NCBI GenBank assembly: GCA_038845265.1
Contig: JAWBQR010000004.1
Location: forward strand, 45,978 to 109,977
DNA from: Nitrososphaerota archaeon
GTDB taxonomy: Archaea; Thermoproteota; Nitrososphaeria_A; Caldarchaeales; Calditenuaceae
Reading direction: 5' to 3'
Length of the DNA: 64,000 nt
Positions 38,294 through 48,312 of this stretch are shown piece by piece. A program made the translations under genes and the position numbers. Position 1 is the stretch's first letter; the number at the start of each line of letters is the position of its first letter. Below the pieces are notes generated by a model. That model was given only the letters and a program-made list of their open reading frames with translations. It was not told the origin of the DNA and did not search any database.

Positions 38294-39139
38294 ATGATGG
38301 AGTATAGACGGCTGGGTAAGACTGATGAAAAAATACCTGTAATAGGTATAGGGACATGGAAAATAGGTGGCGGCATGACTCCTGATTATAGTCGAGATGA
38401 AGAAGCAGTTGAGGCGTTAAAGTACGCGGTTTCAATAGGCTTGACGCATATAGATACTGCTGAGATCTATGGAGGTGGACATTCTGAAGAGCTTGTAGGT
38501 AAGGCCATAAGAGGCTTCGAGAGAGAAAAACTCTTCATAGCGACAAAAGTCTGGTATACAAACCTAAGATATAATGATGTATTGAATGCGTGCGAAAACA
38601 GTCTCAAGAGACTCAACACCGAGTATATTGATCTTTACATAATTCATTGGCCAAATGAATCTATACCTCTTAGAGAGACTATGAAGGCAATGGAGAAGCT
38701 GTATCGAGATGGAAAAATAAGATACATAGGAGTAAGTAACTTTAACTTGAGACAACTCGAGGAAGCCAGACAATGTCTATCCATTACGGACGTAGTGTCT
38801 AACCAAGTTGAGTATAGCCTATATAAGAGAGACATTGAAAAAGAGATATTACCGTATTGTATGAGGAATGGAATAACGATCACTGCCTATAGACCATTGG
38901 GATTAGGCAATATATCCAGAGAGGTAAATGATCCTAACAGCAAAATAGGCGAAGCACTGAAGAAGATGTCCATTAAATATGGCAAGACGCCGGTGCAAGT
39001 AGCCCTTAACTGGGTCATATGGAATGAATGTGTAGTTACAATTCCTAAAGCAGTTCAAAAAACTCATATTGCGGAGAATGCTGGAGCCTCAGGTTGGAGG
39101 CTTGATGTAGAGGATTATAGATTCTTGTCCAATATATAA
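38294..39139 (+). CDS. aldo/keto reductase
   Basis: YRRLGKTDEKIPVIGIGTW, IDTAEIYGGGHSEELVG and IGVSNF are AKR signatures. Start set at the ATG preceding MEYRRLG. Confidence 0.85.
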   Translation: MMEYRRLGKTDEKIPVIGIGTWKIGGGMTPDYSRDEEAVEALKYAVSIGLTHIDTAEIYGGGHSEELVGKAIRGFEREKLFIATKVWYTNLRYNDVLNACENSLKRLNTEYIDLYIIHWPNESIPLRETMKAMEKLYRDGKIRYIGVSNFNLRQLEEARQCLSITDVVSNQVEYSLYKRDIEKEILPYCMRNGITITAYRPLGLGNISREVNDPNSKIGEALKKMSIKYGKTPVQVALNWVIWNECVVTIPKAVQKTHIAENAGASGWRLDVEDYRFLSNI

Positions 39140-39205
39140 AGATAGATTTATAAAATTTAATTAGTAGCCCGGTAGAGTTTAAATAATCGTTACCAAGTTT
39201 AACCC

Positions 39206-39721
39206 TTGCTGAATAGGATAATGAAGTCCAAGATTGATTCGAGAGATTTAGAGATTCTACAGACTTTACAGAATGATGGAAGGGCTACTTACTCTAGTAT
39301 GGCTCGACAGCTAAAGATAAGCGAAGCCGCAGTCTATACCAGAGTAAATAGGCTACTCTCGTCCGGATACATAAAAAAGTTCACAGCGATTCTTGATGAA
39401 AACAAGCTTAATTTTAGCATTGGTGCATTTATTGGGATTAAGGTTAGTCCAAGCAAATACGAGGCTGTGCTTAAGCAATTAGCACTATACCCAGAGATCT
39501 TAGAGATACATGACGTCACGGGTGATTACTACGCATTGCTGAAGGTTAGGACTAGAGATAAAGAATCTCTCGCTACCTTATTGGACAAGATCGGTAAGCT
39601 AGATGGAGTGATATCGACCGAGACAAAAATAATACTTAGAACAATCAAAGAATCAACAGCACTCCCATTACAATTATTGTCAGGAATGAAAGTAGCTCAT
39701 TCTCTGCAGACAAAAGTTTGA
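39206..39721 (+). CDS. Lrp/AsnC-family transcriptional regulator
   Basis: HTH DSRDLEILQTLQNDGRATYSSMARQLKISEAAVYTRVNRL plus a C-terminal RAM domain. Confidence 0.85.
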   Translation: MLNRIMKSKIDSRDLEILQTLQNDGRATYSSMARQLKISEAAVYTRVNRLLSSGYIKKFTAILDENKLNFSIGAFIGIKVSPSKYEAVLKQLALYPEILEIHDVTGDYYALLKVRTRDKESLATLLDKIGKLDGVISTETKIILRTIKESTALPLQLLSGMKVAHSLQTKV

Positions 39722-39766
39722 CGAAAATTATATTATGGTACATCCTCATTATACGGCAGTTATGCA

Positions 39767-42292
39767 TCACGCAAAGAACTGTTCAAGGCTCCCTATTCCA
39801 ACTATCTTATCAAAGTCTAAGTCGAGACTATCTAGTACTTGCTCGAATGTTGAACGCATATATTCTATATATTTATCGATATCTATCTGTTCCTTCCTTA
39901 CTGGATATTTAGGGTGTAGTGGAGCAACACCAATACTATCTTTTGTCTTAACATAGCTGATAATGTCTCCGGAGGTTACATTTACATTAACTTGTTTTAA
40001 AAGCCTAGCTGCCTTGACGTGGGGAGGCGTAGTCTTTACATAGCTTTCTGGAAGCTTTGATAACATTACATTAAAAGCAAGATCTTCAAGGTTGAATTCC
40101 CTATTCTTAAGTTTCTGATACCAATTCTTTATCAATGCTGATATATGTTCCTTTGCGACTTCTAAATCTTGAGGAGACTTAATGTTCTGTAGTTCTGAAA
40201 GCATCGAGTTAAAAGCAGCTCTTATAAATTCTGGAATATGTCGCTTCTTTCCTGTCAATCCTTTAACATCCACTACTCCCTTCGTCGTAAGCCCGAGATA
40301 GTTTTTCTTCCTCATGGAGAACACTATGTAAACGTACTCTTTGTCTACTTCGAGGTCAAGTCCGAGAATCATGCTTGCCCATTTGATTAGATCCTCAAGT
40401 AATTTTTCATCCGCATACTTGAGGAAAAGGGAGTCTGTATCGCCATAAATTACTATGCCACCCATAGATTTTACCTTATTGATTGTTTCTTTGAAGACAT
40501 ATCTGCCGATCGCCGCAGTGCTCTCTGCGAGTGGGGGGCAGTATAGTGGAAATTCTTCAAATCCAAACACTCCATAACTAGCGTTGAGAAATACTTTGAT
40601 AGCTTTCTGGACTACATCGTACCAAATCCTCTGCTCTGATGATAATGTCTTATCACTGCTCTTCGGCTTATAAAAACCAACCCTAACATCACGTAATGCT
40701 CCTACAATTAGGCTCTGTAGGCCCTTCACCTTAGTGCAGACCCAATGCTCTGTCTCAGGAACCTTATTATTTTTACATTCTTCATGTGGGCATCTTATGG
40801 TCTCATAGCTAAGGTTCCACCTCTTTAATGCTGAAGGATACAAAGAGGCAAAGTCTAGGACTTTAACGTCAAAATGTATTCCTGGTACCGGCTCGTAAAC
40901 GATTGCACCTCTGTACTTTTTTCCCTCTATAACTGCTTTTGTCGTTGTCCCTCCCTTAGCAGACAAAATATCTTCTGGTCTTGGAATAAGCCAATTTCTT
41001 CTTCTGTGCTCATAGTACAACAGGTTCTTTATCCACCCGGAGACTCCGTGACGACACAAGTCCTCCAAAGGTAACCTACTTATCCTAGCAAGAACGAAGA
41101 TCAGCCTAAGAAGAAGCTTGTTATTTACAGTCAAGAAGCTGTACACTAACTCGGCGTCTCCAAAGCTATATTCAGCAAGTTCAGTATTACTCAGCTCCGA
41201 TATGGGTTTTTCAAGCCTCACTTTTCCTTTACCAAGTAATGATTGGGCAATTGCTTCAAGAGTATGCTCACGGTACTTATTATCAAAAGCATAGACTTGA
41301 ACTGACTTGTTTATGAAGAAGCTGTAGAGGTCAATGTGTGCGCCAGTTACGAATGTTGCGCCCTCCCTGCCAATAATGATGGGGTTCTTCTCTTGAGGAA
41401 CTCCGAGCCTATTGGCCCGGTTATGGAGATATGGAAGGTCAAACTCATCTCCATTGAACGTTGCTATAATCGCATAATTGGTAAGAATTTCAAAGACATC
41501 CTCTAACATTTTTTTCTCTGACTCATAAAATATTAAATCAAAGTTTTGTGACTGTGAAACATCATTTCCCGGCTCTCTACGCAGCATGAATACACTTCTC
41601 CTACCATCTGAGCCACATATTGATACTGCTATTACTTTGTCCTCAGCTTTACTAGGGCTGGGAACCCTAGTTGCTACTGGGCTTAAGACCTCTATGTCAA
41701 GTGCTGCATAAGGTGGATCTGGCTGCTGAGCCTCGAGCAGCCTTATCCAGTATGCTGCCTCTTCATATTCCTCTGGTCTCAGATTCTTAATTCTCTTCGC
41801 AATCATCATTGCTTCATCCATGCTTAGAGTAACAGGTTCAAGCCCTTTAGGAGTGACTTGGTATGGTAATCCAACTATGAGCGAGTTATCATATAGATAA
41901 TTTATGTGATAGGGTATATCAGCCTCCCAACAAGGGACTTTCTCTCTAATCGACTCGGCTTTTCCACCAATTGTAAGGGGATCCTTAGCGACTATTTTTG
42001 TCATCTCAATATATTCTTGCTTAATGGCATCAAATTTTTTTACTATTTCAAACCTAACAATGCTTGAAATCATTGAGAAAAGCATCTTTTCTGCTTCACT
42101 TGGCGAGAGATTAGTTAGACAATAAGGAAGATGCCCTGACTCATCATATATTTGTACTACACGCCTGATTTTCGGGTCGTACATTTTTAGATATGCCTTA
42201 CCTTTCGACCCATCGTAACCACACGATATCAGAAACAGTAAGTTACTTGAATCATTCTTGATTTCATCATCGAGCCTGAGCTGCATAATCAA
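39767..42292 (-). CDS. polB: family-B DNA polymerase
   Basis: Exonuclease motifs in the N-terminal half, polymerase motif A (DFASLYPS), motif C YGDTDS, and KILLNSLYG-like NASYGVFG; 841 aa. Confidence 0.9.
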   Translation of the reverse strand: MIMQLRLDDEIKNDSSNLLFLISCGYDGSKGKAYLKMYDPKIRRVVQIYDESGHLPYCLTNLSPSEAEKMLFSMISSIVRFEIVKKFDAIKQEYIEMTKIVAKDPLTIGGKAESIREKVPCWEADIPYHINYLYDNSLIVGLPYQVTPKGLEPVTLSMDEAMMIAKRIKNLRPEEYEEAAYWIRLLEAQQPDPPYAALDIEVLSPVATRVPSPSKAEDKVIAVSICGSDGRRSVFMLRREPGNDVSQSQNFDLIFYESEKKMLEDVFEILTNYAIIATFNGDEFDLPYLHNRANRLGVPQEKNPIIIGREGATFVTGAHIDLYSFFINKSVQVYAFDNKYREHTLEAIAQSLLGKGKVRLEKPISELSNTELAEYSFGDAELVYSFLTVNNKLLLRLIFVLARISRLPLEDLCRHGVSGWIKNLLYYEHRRRNWLIPRPEDILSAKGGTTTKAVIEGKKYRGAIVYEPVPGIHFDVKVLDFASLYPSALKRWNLSYETIRCPHEECKNNKVPETEHWVCTKVKGLQSLIVGALRDVRVGFYKPKSSDKTLSSEQRIWYDVVQKAIKVFLNASYGVFGFEEFPLYCPPLAESTAAIGRYVFKETINKVKSMGGIVIYGDTDSLFLKYADEKLLEDLIKWASMILGLDLEVDKEYVYIVFSMRKKNYLGLTTKGVVDVKGLTGKKRHIPEFIRAAFNSMLSELQNIKSPQDLEVAKEHISALIKNWYQKLKNREFNLEDLAFNVMLSKLPESYVKTTPPHVKAARLLKQVNVNVTSGDIISYVKTKDSIGVAPLHPKYPVRKEQIDIDKYIEYMRSTFEQVLDSLDLDFDKIVGIGSLEQFFA

Positions 42293-42412
42293 CTATGAGA
42301 ATACACGTCAGAACTCTCTATAAACCTTTACTGAGTCAAACTCGCATTTTTTCAGCAACATTAATACATAGATAAGTTATATACATCTCGTTATGTATCA
42401 AAAATAGAAATA

Positions 42413-44689
42413 ATGAGAAAAAAATTATTGATTGCGACGATAGCTGCAGTTGGGCTCGCTTCTAGGCTATCAATAGCTCCTTTCACTGGCCATGCTTGGG
42501 ACATGTATGTCTGGCTTAAAAGCGGCGAACTATTCCTTCATGAGAATTACAATATTTATATGGTATCGGACATCACAGGTTTTCCCTGGGGTTTCTATGC
42601 ATATCCACCAATATGGCTCTATTGGCTCGCAATCACTCAATTCATAAAAATTAAACTGGGGCTGAATATTTCTCAACAGGTAGTCCTTATTAAGCTTCCC
42701 ATTATAATCTCGGACATAATTATTGGATTATTGCTTTACAAGTTAGGTAAAAAATATGATCTTGATGAGAAGACCTGCATTGTACTTGCCGCTTCGTTTA
42801 TTCTTAATCCACTTGTAGTGTTTATCTCATCTGTTTGGGGAATGTTTGACTCTATTGCTACATTGTTTGTAATGTTATCAATATTATTATTGTCGAGAAG
42901 GCAGGAATACCTGTCACTGTTATCATTAGGTATTGGAACTGCTATCAAGATTTATCCGGCTTTATTCTATCCAGCATTAATGGTATATCTGTATAAAAAT
43001 AAAAAATCTCTAAAGAAGTTATTAATTACGGGGAACTTACTCTTCTTCTCCCCATTATTAATATCCTCTATTCCGTACTTATCATCATTAAATGAATATA
43101 TCTCTAAGATGGTTTTTCACATATCAAATATTGGTCAATTTAATATCTGGACCCTACTATCACCACTTATAAGCACAGAATTAATATCAATAATAAGCAT
43201 GTCATTATTGTTTTGCTTTTATGTAAATTTTCTTTTAAAGCATCTAAAAAATTTTTCAAGTAGAGGATCCCACATAAGAATGTTTACGGCGATTCTGGTA
43301 ATTTTCCTTGCCACGTCCTTGAAGGTCAATGTACAGTATACGGTATGGTTAATTCCACTTCTTCTGTTAGATATTGCTATAAGTGAGAATAGAAGATTTG
43401 ATGATGTTGTATCACTAGTAATCATAAATGCTGCAGGAATTGTTTTTGTTGTCGCATTTGGACAATTAATAAGTTTTGATATTAATTCCTTAGGACGGGT
43501 AAACATTCTTGCAGTATCTGAAAACTTCATCTTTGGCGGGATTATTCTTTTATCCGCAGCTGTGGCTGGATGGAGGTTTATATTAATGATGTTCAATTAC
43601 CTTGAATTCTTTCGAATAAAAAAAATTATGATTGGAAAAGTAGGCCTCTCTTTGATACTAATTGTCTTGATTCTTTCTCTCTCATTATTTCCATCCCCAG
43701 CTGGTATCGAACTGCCTCAAAGCCAAATCAGGATAGCTGTTCCAGAAAGTGTACACTCAATATTTACAAATGGTAAGACAAGCATCAATAATGATGATCT
43801 TGACAGGATTGCTAGACCGAATATAATGGTCCTATCTTTTTCACTTGATTTCTTTAACCTATACGATGGATACCAAAGCGACTCATCTTTAAATAAGTAT
43901 ATGAAATTTAGAATAGATGCATCAGACCTTACTGCTGGAAAATTGCGTGAAATTATAACAAATCTTAAAAATGAAAGAATTAAAGTTCTTGTCGGTGTCT
44001 TTGTCTCGCCTCAGCAGAAATATATTAGCTATGGTATTCATGGATATTCGTCAAATTGGCTCCTTAGTAATTATCCGGAGATTCTAAAAAATGGAAAAGT
44101 AAATTTCGATGAATACATAATTATTAATAACGAAAAAACGCAGTATAGTTATTATCTCGCAAAAAAGATAAGCAGAGTAGTCAATGACTTCAATTTTGAC
44201 GGTGTGTATATTCTGACTGAGCCAGACGGCATAAAAACAGTTAATGATGTGGAATCCATTTTAGGACTATTAATCAATGTTAGACGGGAGATAAGTAGGG
44301 ATAAAATCTTGATTGTTGACCGGGTTGATCCATTCTTATCTATAGACTTATTGAGAATTATTTTGAACCACACTGACTATGTTGTCCTCCATACATCTCC
44401 CTGGATCGATGGAATGCTCTATGGGGCGAGGGCTAATAGAACTGTTGAAACATATCGACAATGCATCCGACATATTAAAAGCGAACTTAAGAATAATGAA
44501 TGGCATAAACTACTCTTTTCGATTTATACATTAGATATGGCTAGAGGTTGGTTAACACCAGCACTTGCAGTGCAACTTGAAGTAGATTCGTACAGTAGCT
44601 TACTTGATAATGGATATGCAATTTACTATGTTTCCAATTATTTACCTTATAGACTTAAACTTAGACAGCAGGTTGAGTCTTTTTCATAA
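42413..44689 (+). CDS. GT-C-fold membrane glycosyltransferase-like protein (PMT/ArnT/DUF2029-like), multi-TM N-terminus + soluble C-terminal domain
   Basis: About 11 TM helices in the first 430 aa, with aromatic/acidic loop motifs (FTGHAWDMYVW). A C-terminal ~330-aa soluble domain follows. No WWDYG motif, so it is not a canonical AglB. Confidence 0.45.
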   Translation: MRKKLLIATIAAVGLASRLSIAPFTGHAWDMYVWLKSGELFLHENYNIYMVSDITGFPWGFYAYPPIWLYWLAITQFIKIKLGLNISQQVVLIKLPIIISDIIIGLLLYKLGKKYDLDEKTCIVLAASFILNPLVVFISSVWGMFDSIATLFVMLSILLLSRRQEYLSLLSLGIGTAIKIYPALFYPALMVYLYKNKKSLKKLLITGNLLFFSPLLISSIPYLSSLNEYISKMVFHISNIGQFNIWTLLSPLISTELISIISMSLLFCFYVNFLLKHLKNFSSRGSHIRMFTAILVIFLATSLKVNVQYTVWLIPLLLLDIAISENRRFDDVVSLVIINAAGIVFVVAFGQLISFDINSLGRVNILAVSENFIFGGIILLSAAVAGWRFILMMFNYLEFFRIKKIMIGKVGLSLILIVLILSLSLFPSPAGIELPQSQIRIAVPESVHSIFTNGKTSINNDDLDRIARPNIMVLSFSLDFFNLYDGYQSDSSLNKYMKFRIDASDLTAGKLREIITNLKNERIKVLVGVFVSPQQKYISYGIHGYSSNWLLSNYPEILKNGKVNFDEYIIINNEKTQYSYYLAKKISRVVNDFNFDGVYILTEPDGIKTVNDVESILGLLINVRREISRDKILIVDRVDPFLSIDLLRIILNHTDYVVLHTSPWIDGMLYGARANRTVETYRQCIRHIKSELKNNEWHKLLFSIYTLDMARGWLTPALAVQLEVDSYSSLLDNGYAIYYVSNYLPYRLKLRQQVESFS

Positions 44690-45701
44690 ATAAGGGCAGA
44701 GAGAACATAAGGAAAACAAATGAAATTATTAGCGTTGTTATATGTGTAGCTAATCTCCACGCAACTACCGCGGCTCCGGCCCACTCTCCTTTTAAGGAAT
44801 GAATGTATAGAGAGATTCCTAACTCGGTTGTTCCTGAACCTCCTAGTGTGATGGGTAATACTCCTAATGCTACTCCCGAGTATGCAGCCAGTAGGGATTC
44901 GAAAAATTCAAGCCTCACTCCACCCGCATCATAGATAATAAGTACGGTTAGTCCATAGATAATTGAGAGGACCATCGTCAAAAATACGTTCAAAAGAATC
45001 ACGTATTTATTGAGTGACGAGTGATAAAGTCTAAGGGATGAAGAAAAAGAGCTGTATGTTTCTTTTAGCCAATTTATCATTTTTCCAAGGAGGGATGAAC
45101 GTCCTACTTTATCATGAAAATACTCGAAGGTGTGCGAGAATGTTCTGCCAGTCAGTCCTGTATAGAAGATGAACAAATAAAAGAACAGTATGGGAAGAGT
45201 TATCATTAATAATATGGACCCAAGAGTTATGTCGCCAATCATTAATATAATATATAATGCAGCAATTATCGTAATTGAAGTTCCCATGAAGACGTCGTAG
45301 AATGTTTCAGAATAAGAAATCCATAACGCTTTTCCGCTATCCAATCCACGCATTATGAGATAACCCGCACGGACTAACTCATCCCCTATGTAGGATAAAG
45401 AGGTTGCTGCTACGAACTCGCTTCCAATCCTAACAAGAATGCACTCACGAATCTTAGGATTAAAATTAACATGTGAGCCCTTAATAAAAGTGTAAAACCT
45501 CAGTCCCTGGATCAAGAGCCTAATAATTATTAATGACGAAGTAAGCATTATCGGAGCAATCCCTATCTTTATTACATCTTCTAGATTTACCATCAGAAAC
45601 GTGAAGTAGATCCATGGAGATGCTAATCCTAGGAGCACCCCAATTATCAGTAATCTCCAGGGAATTCTTTGAGTACCGGACTCTACGATCCTAGGCATTG
45701 T
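44661..45701 (-). CDS. flippase-like/lysylphosphatidylglycerol-synthase-TM (UPF0104) family membrane protein
   Basis: 8-TM protein with the LPG_synthase_TM-like pattern. It is typically encoded beside GT2 dolichyl-phosphate sugar synthases. Start taken at the MPRIV Met. Confidence 0.5.
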   Translation of the reverse strand, partial: TMPRIVESGTQRIPWRLLIIGVLLGLASPWIYFTFLMVNLEDVIKIGIAPIMLTSSLIIIRLLIQGLRFYTFIKGSHVNFNPKIRECILVRIGSEFVAATSLSYIGDELVRAGYLIMRGLDSGKALWISYSETFYDVFMGTSITIIAALYIILMIGDITLGSILLMITLPILFFYLFIFYTGLTGRTFSHTFEYFHDKVGRSSLLGKMINWLKETYSSFSSSLRLYHSSLNKYVILLNVFLTMVLSIIYGLTVLIIYDAGGVRLEFFESLLAAYSGVALGVLPITLGGSGTTELGISLYIHSLKGEWAGAAVVAWRLATHITTLIISFVFLMFSLPLFMKKTQPAV

Positions 45702-45749
45702 TCGAGCAGAGAAAAATAATTTAATTGTCACTAAATAATTTTTATAGTC

Positions 45750-46637
45750 ATGCATAGCGTATCGTTTGGTATACCGTCATTTAATGAGCCTAAAAACGTT
45801 TTGAGACTTATAAACATGATTGCTCATCAAGTTCTTCCACCCTCAATTAATGTGGAAGAAATAATAATTATTGATGATAGTGATTATGAAAGATATAATG
45901 AACTCATTAATGGGCTAAACCATTTTTCAGCCCTGCCGATACAAGTTATTCATAACTCATCGAGACAAGGAGTTGCGGCTGCATGGAACAATATCTTTTC
46001 AAGATCGAGAGGCGATGTCCTTGTGTTGTATGATGCTGATGTATTCATTAGACCCGAAACTACATGGAGACTGGTCAATCCATTACTGATTGATAATGAG
46101 TTGGGACTTGTTGCGGCTTATGTTAAGGCTTTGTCTAATTCATCAATTGCGGGCATGATGTCTACTTTTATTGCTGATTGGCTTAACGAGATAAGGACTA
46201 GCTATCCTAACTCAAAGTACCTCGCGATGGGTAGGGGGCTCGCAGTCAGGACATCAATTGTCAAAAAAATTTGCATTCCAAAACATGTGATATCAATAGA
46301 TCTTTATCTCCAATTATATACATTGAGGTCTGGTTATAAGGTGCATTTTGCATCTGATGCAGTAGTTGAATTTAAGGCTCCGAGTCTTCTGAGAGAATCA
46401 ATCTCACAGGTTATCAGGGGATATTTTGGTCATAAACAATTAAAAATGATTACCAATAAGTTATTAATTAACCCAAAATTTACTGAGGAGATATTTTGTG
46501 CAGTTAAGACTGCAAAACATGATCCACGTGGGGCTTTTGCCACCATTATTGGATTCATATATTTATTCTTCTTATTTTCAAAACTTTTCAGGGGTTCCAG
46601 TAATTATTTATGGGACGTGGCATTGACTTCTAAATGA
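45750..46637 (+). CDS. glycosyltransferase family 2 (GT-A)
   Basis: SFGIPSFNEP...IIIIDDSD...LYDADV (DxD). It is divergent from the flippase-like gene. Confidence 0.75.
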   Translation: MHSVSFGIPSFNEPKNVLRLINMIAHQVLPPSINVEEIIIIDDSDYERYNELINGLNHFSALPIQVIHNSSRQGVAAAWNNIFSRSRGDVLVLYDADVFIRPETTWRLVNPLLIDNELGLVAAYVKALSNSSIAGMMSTFIADWLNEIRTSYPNSKYLAMGRGLAVRTSIVKKICIPKHVISIDLYLQLYTLRSGYKVHFASDAVVEFKAPSLLRESISQVIRGYFGHKQLKMITNKLLINPKFTEEIFCAVKTAKHDPRGAFATIIGFIYLFFLFSKLFRGSSNYLWDVALTSK

Positions 46638-46705
46638 AGACCCAGGTCGTTATAGGGACCGAGAATATAGTTAATTAGGGGTACGTCAATATTGGTTGCT
46701 GCTGA

Positions 46706-47332
46706 ATGAGTACTGAGTGGCAGCCTCGGACAACGGTAGGAAGGCTAGTTAAGGAAGGAAAGATAACCTCTATAGAGGAGCTTTTTGCTCAAAATCTGAG
46801 GATAACTGAGCCAGAAATCGTTGACGTCTTAATACCTACGCTTGAGCAAGAAGTGATTGATGTCAAGCTTGTGCAAAGACAAACAGACGCTGGGGAGAAA
46901 TCTAGGTTTAAAGCGATAGTCGCAGTGGGTAACAGGGACGGCTTTGTAGGTCTAGGAACTGGAAAATCACCCCACGTCGTTATGGCGATCGAGAGCGCAG
47001 TATCGAAGGCCAAGATGAATCTCACATATGTAAGAAGAGGATGTGGTAGCTGGGAGTGTGCATGCGGAGACCCCCATAGCATAGAGTCAGTCGTGGAGGG
47101 AAAATGGGGTAGTGTTAGGGTAATTGTTCTTCCAGGACCAAGAGGACTTGGGCTAGTGGCTGGAGAAGTGGCTAAAATAATACTGAGACTGGCAGGTGTA
47201 AATGATTGTTGGACAAGAAGCTTTGGAGAGACGAGGACGACGCTGAGCATGGCTGGTGCCGTTTTTCAGGCATTAAAGAACACGAATAGAATAGTTCTAC
47301 CCACTTTCTGGAGAGGGCAGGGCTCGGTATGA
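46706..47332 (+). CDS. rps5: 30S ribosomal protein S5 (uS5)
   Basis: dsRBD-like N-domain (KLVQRQTDAGEKSRFKAIVAVGNRDGFVGLGTGKS) and the C-terminal S5 domain. Confidence 0.9.
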   Translation: MSTEWQPRTTVGRLVKEGKITSIEELFAQNLRITEPEIVDVLIPTLEQEVIDVKLVQRQTDAGEKSRFKAIVAVGNRDGFVGLGTGKSPHVVMAIESAVSKAKMNLTYVRRGCGSWECACGDPHSIESVVEGKWGSVRVIVLPGPRGLGLVAGEVAKIILRLAGVNDCWTRSFGETRTTLSMAGAVFQALKNTNRIVLPTFWRGQGSV

Positions 47333-47811
47333 GTAGTCATGACGCCGCATGCCTACTCGTAGTTAGGTTAAGAGGACCATCTGGCTTAAGCGCTGCTATC
47401 AACAATACGTTGGAGATGTTGAACTTGAAGCGTTCATGCTGGGCGACAATAATTCCTAACACGTCGTCGATGGTAGGTATGCTTAAAAAAGTTGAGAGAT
47501 ATGTAACATGGGGCGATCCTAATGAACAGTTATTGACTTTACTGATTAATACGAAAGGAGAGGTACTGCATGGAGTGAATATTGAGGAGGAGCTAAAGTC
47601 GCTAGGTGCATCTTCAATAGAAGAACTCGTTAAGCTTATCGTCGAAGGAAAGTGCGAATCAAAGGTTCTATGGAGATTCTATAAGCCCTATTTTAGACTT
47701 CATCCGCCCAAGGGAGGATTCAAAAGGAGCACTAAGAGACCGTTTAAGGAGGGGGGCGAATATGGCTATAGAGGAGTGGAGATTTCAGAACTCGTTAAGC
47801 GCATGATATAG
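47329..47811 (+). CDS. rpl30: 50S ribosomal protein L30 (uL30)
   Basis: LVVRLRGPSGLSAAINNTLEMLNLKR...; archaeal L30/L7 type. Overlaps the S5 stop. Confidence 0.85.
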   Translation: MSSHDAACLLVVRLRGPSGLSAAINNTLEMLNLKRSCWATIIPNTSSMVGMLKKVERYVTWGDPNEQLLTLLINTKGEVLHGVNIEEELKSLGASSIEELVKLIVEGKCESKVLWRFYKPYFRLHPPKGGFKRSTKRPFKEGGEYGYRGVEISELVKRMI

Positions 47812-47868
47812 CCTGCGACTACAGCTATAAATATGTCCTTGCCCCAATGGATTCTCGGTTAGATAACT

Positions 47869-48312
47869 ATGCCAACGAGGCTTAGAAAAGTGAGGAAACT
47901 CCGCGGCTCAAGGTACCATGGCTGGGGACAGATTGGTCAACATAGAAAGCATGGTGCAAAAGGAGGTAGAGGGATGGCTGGAGCACATAAGCATAAGTGG
48001 ACCTGGATATTGAAGTACTATCCAGAATACTTCGGCAAGTCAGGCATGGTTCCGCCCAGAAGAAGAATCAGTAGAGCCATAAATCTTAACCAAATATCGC
48101 TGATTGCAGAGCAGTTATTAAACTCGAAAGATGCTACTTTTGAAGATGACAAGTTGGTAATTGACTTGACAAAGCTTAACTATGATAAGGTTTTGGCGAC
48201 TGGTACTCTGTATCGTCCCGTCAAGATTATTGCTAAGTCCTGGTCAGAAAAGGCCGAGAAGAAAATTAAGGAGCTCGGTTCTCTAATAATTGGTCCAGAG
48301 ACCTCCAAGTGA
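47869..48312 (+). CDS. rpl15: 50S ribosomal protein L15 (uL15)
   Basis: RKVRKLRGSRYHGWGQIGQHRKHGAKGGRGMAG. Confidence 0.85.
   Translation: MPTRLRKVRKLRGSRYHGWGQIGQHRKHGAKGGRGMAGAHKHKWTWILKYYPEYFGKSGMVPPRRRISRAINLNQISLIAEQLLNSKDATFEDDKLVIDLTKLNYDKVLATGTLYRPVKIIAKSWSEKAEKKIKELGSLIIGPETSK

Noticed and set aside
42413-44689. 758-aa membrane protein as the oligosaccharyltransferase AglB
   Set aside because: No WWDYG or DK/MI motifs were found. The topology fits a generic GT-C/PMT-like fold rather than STT3.
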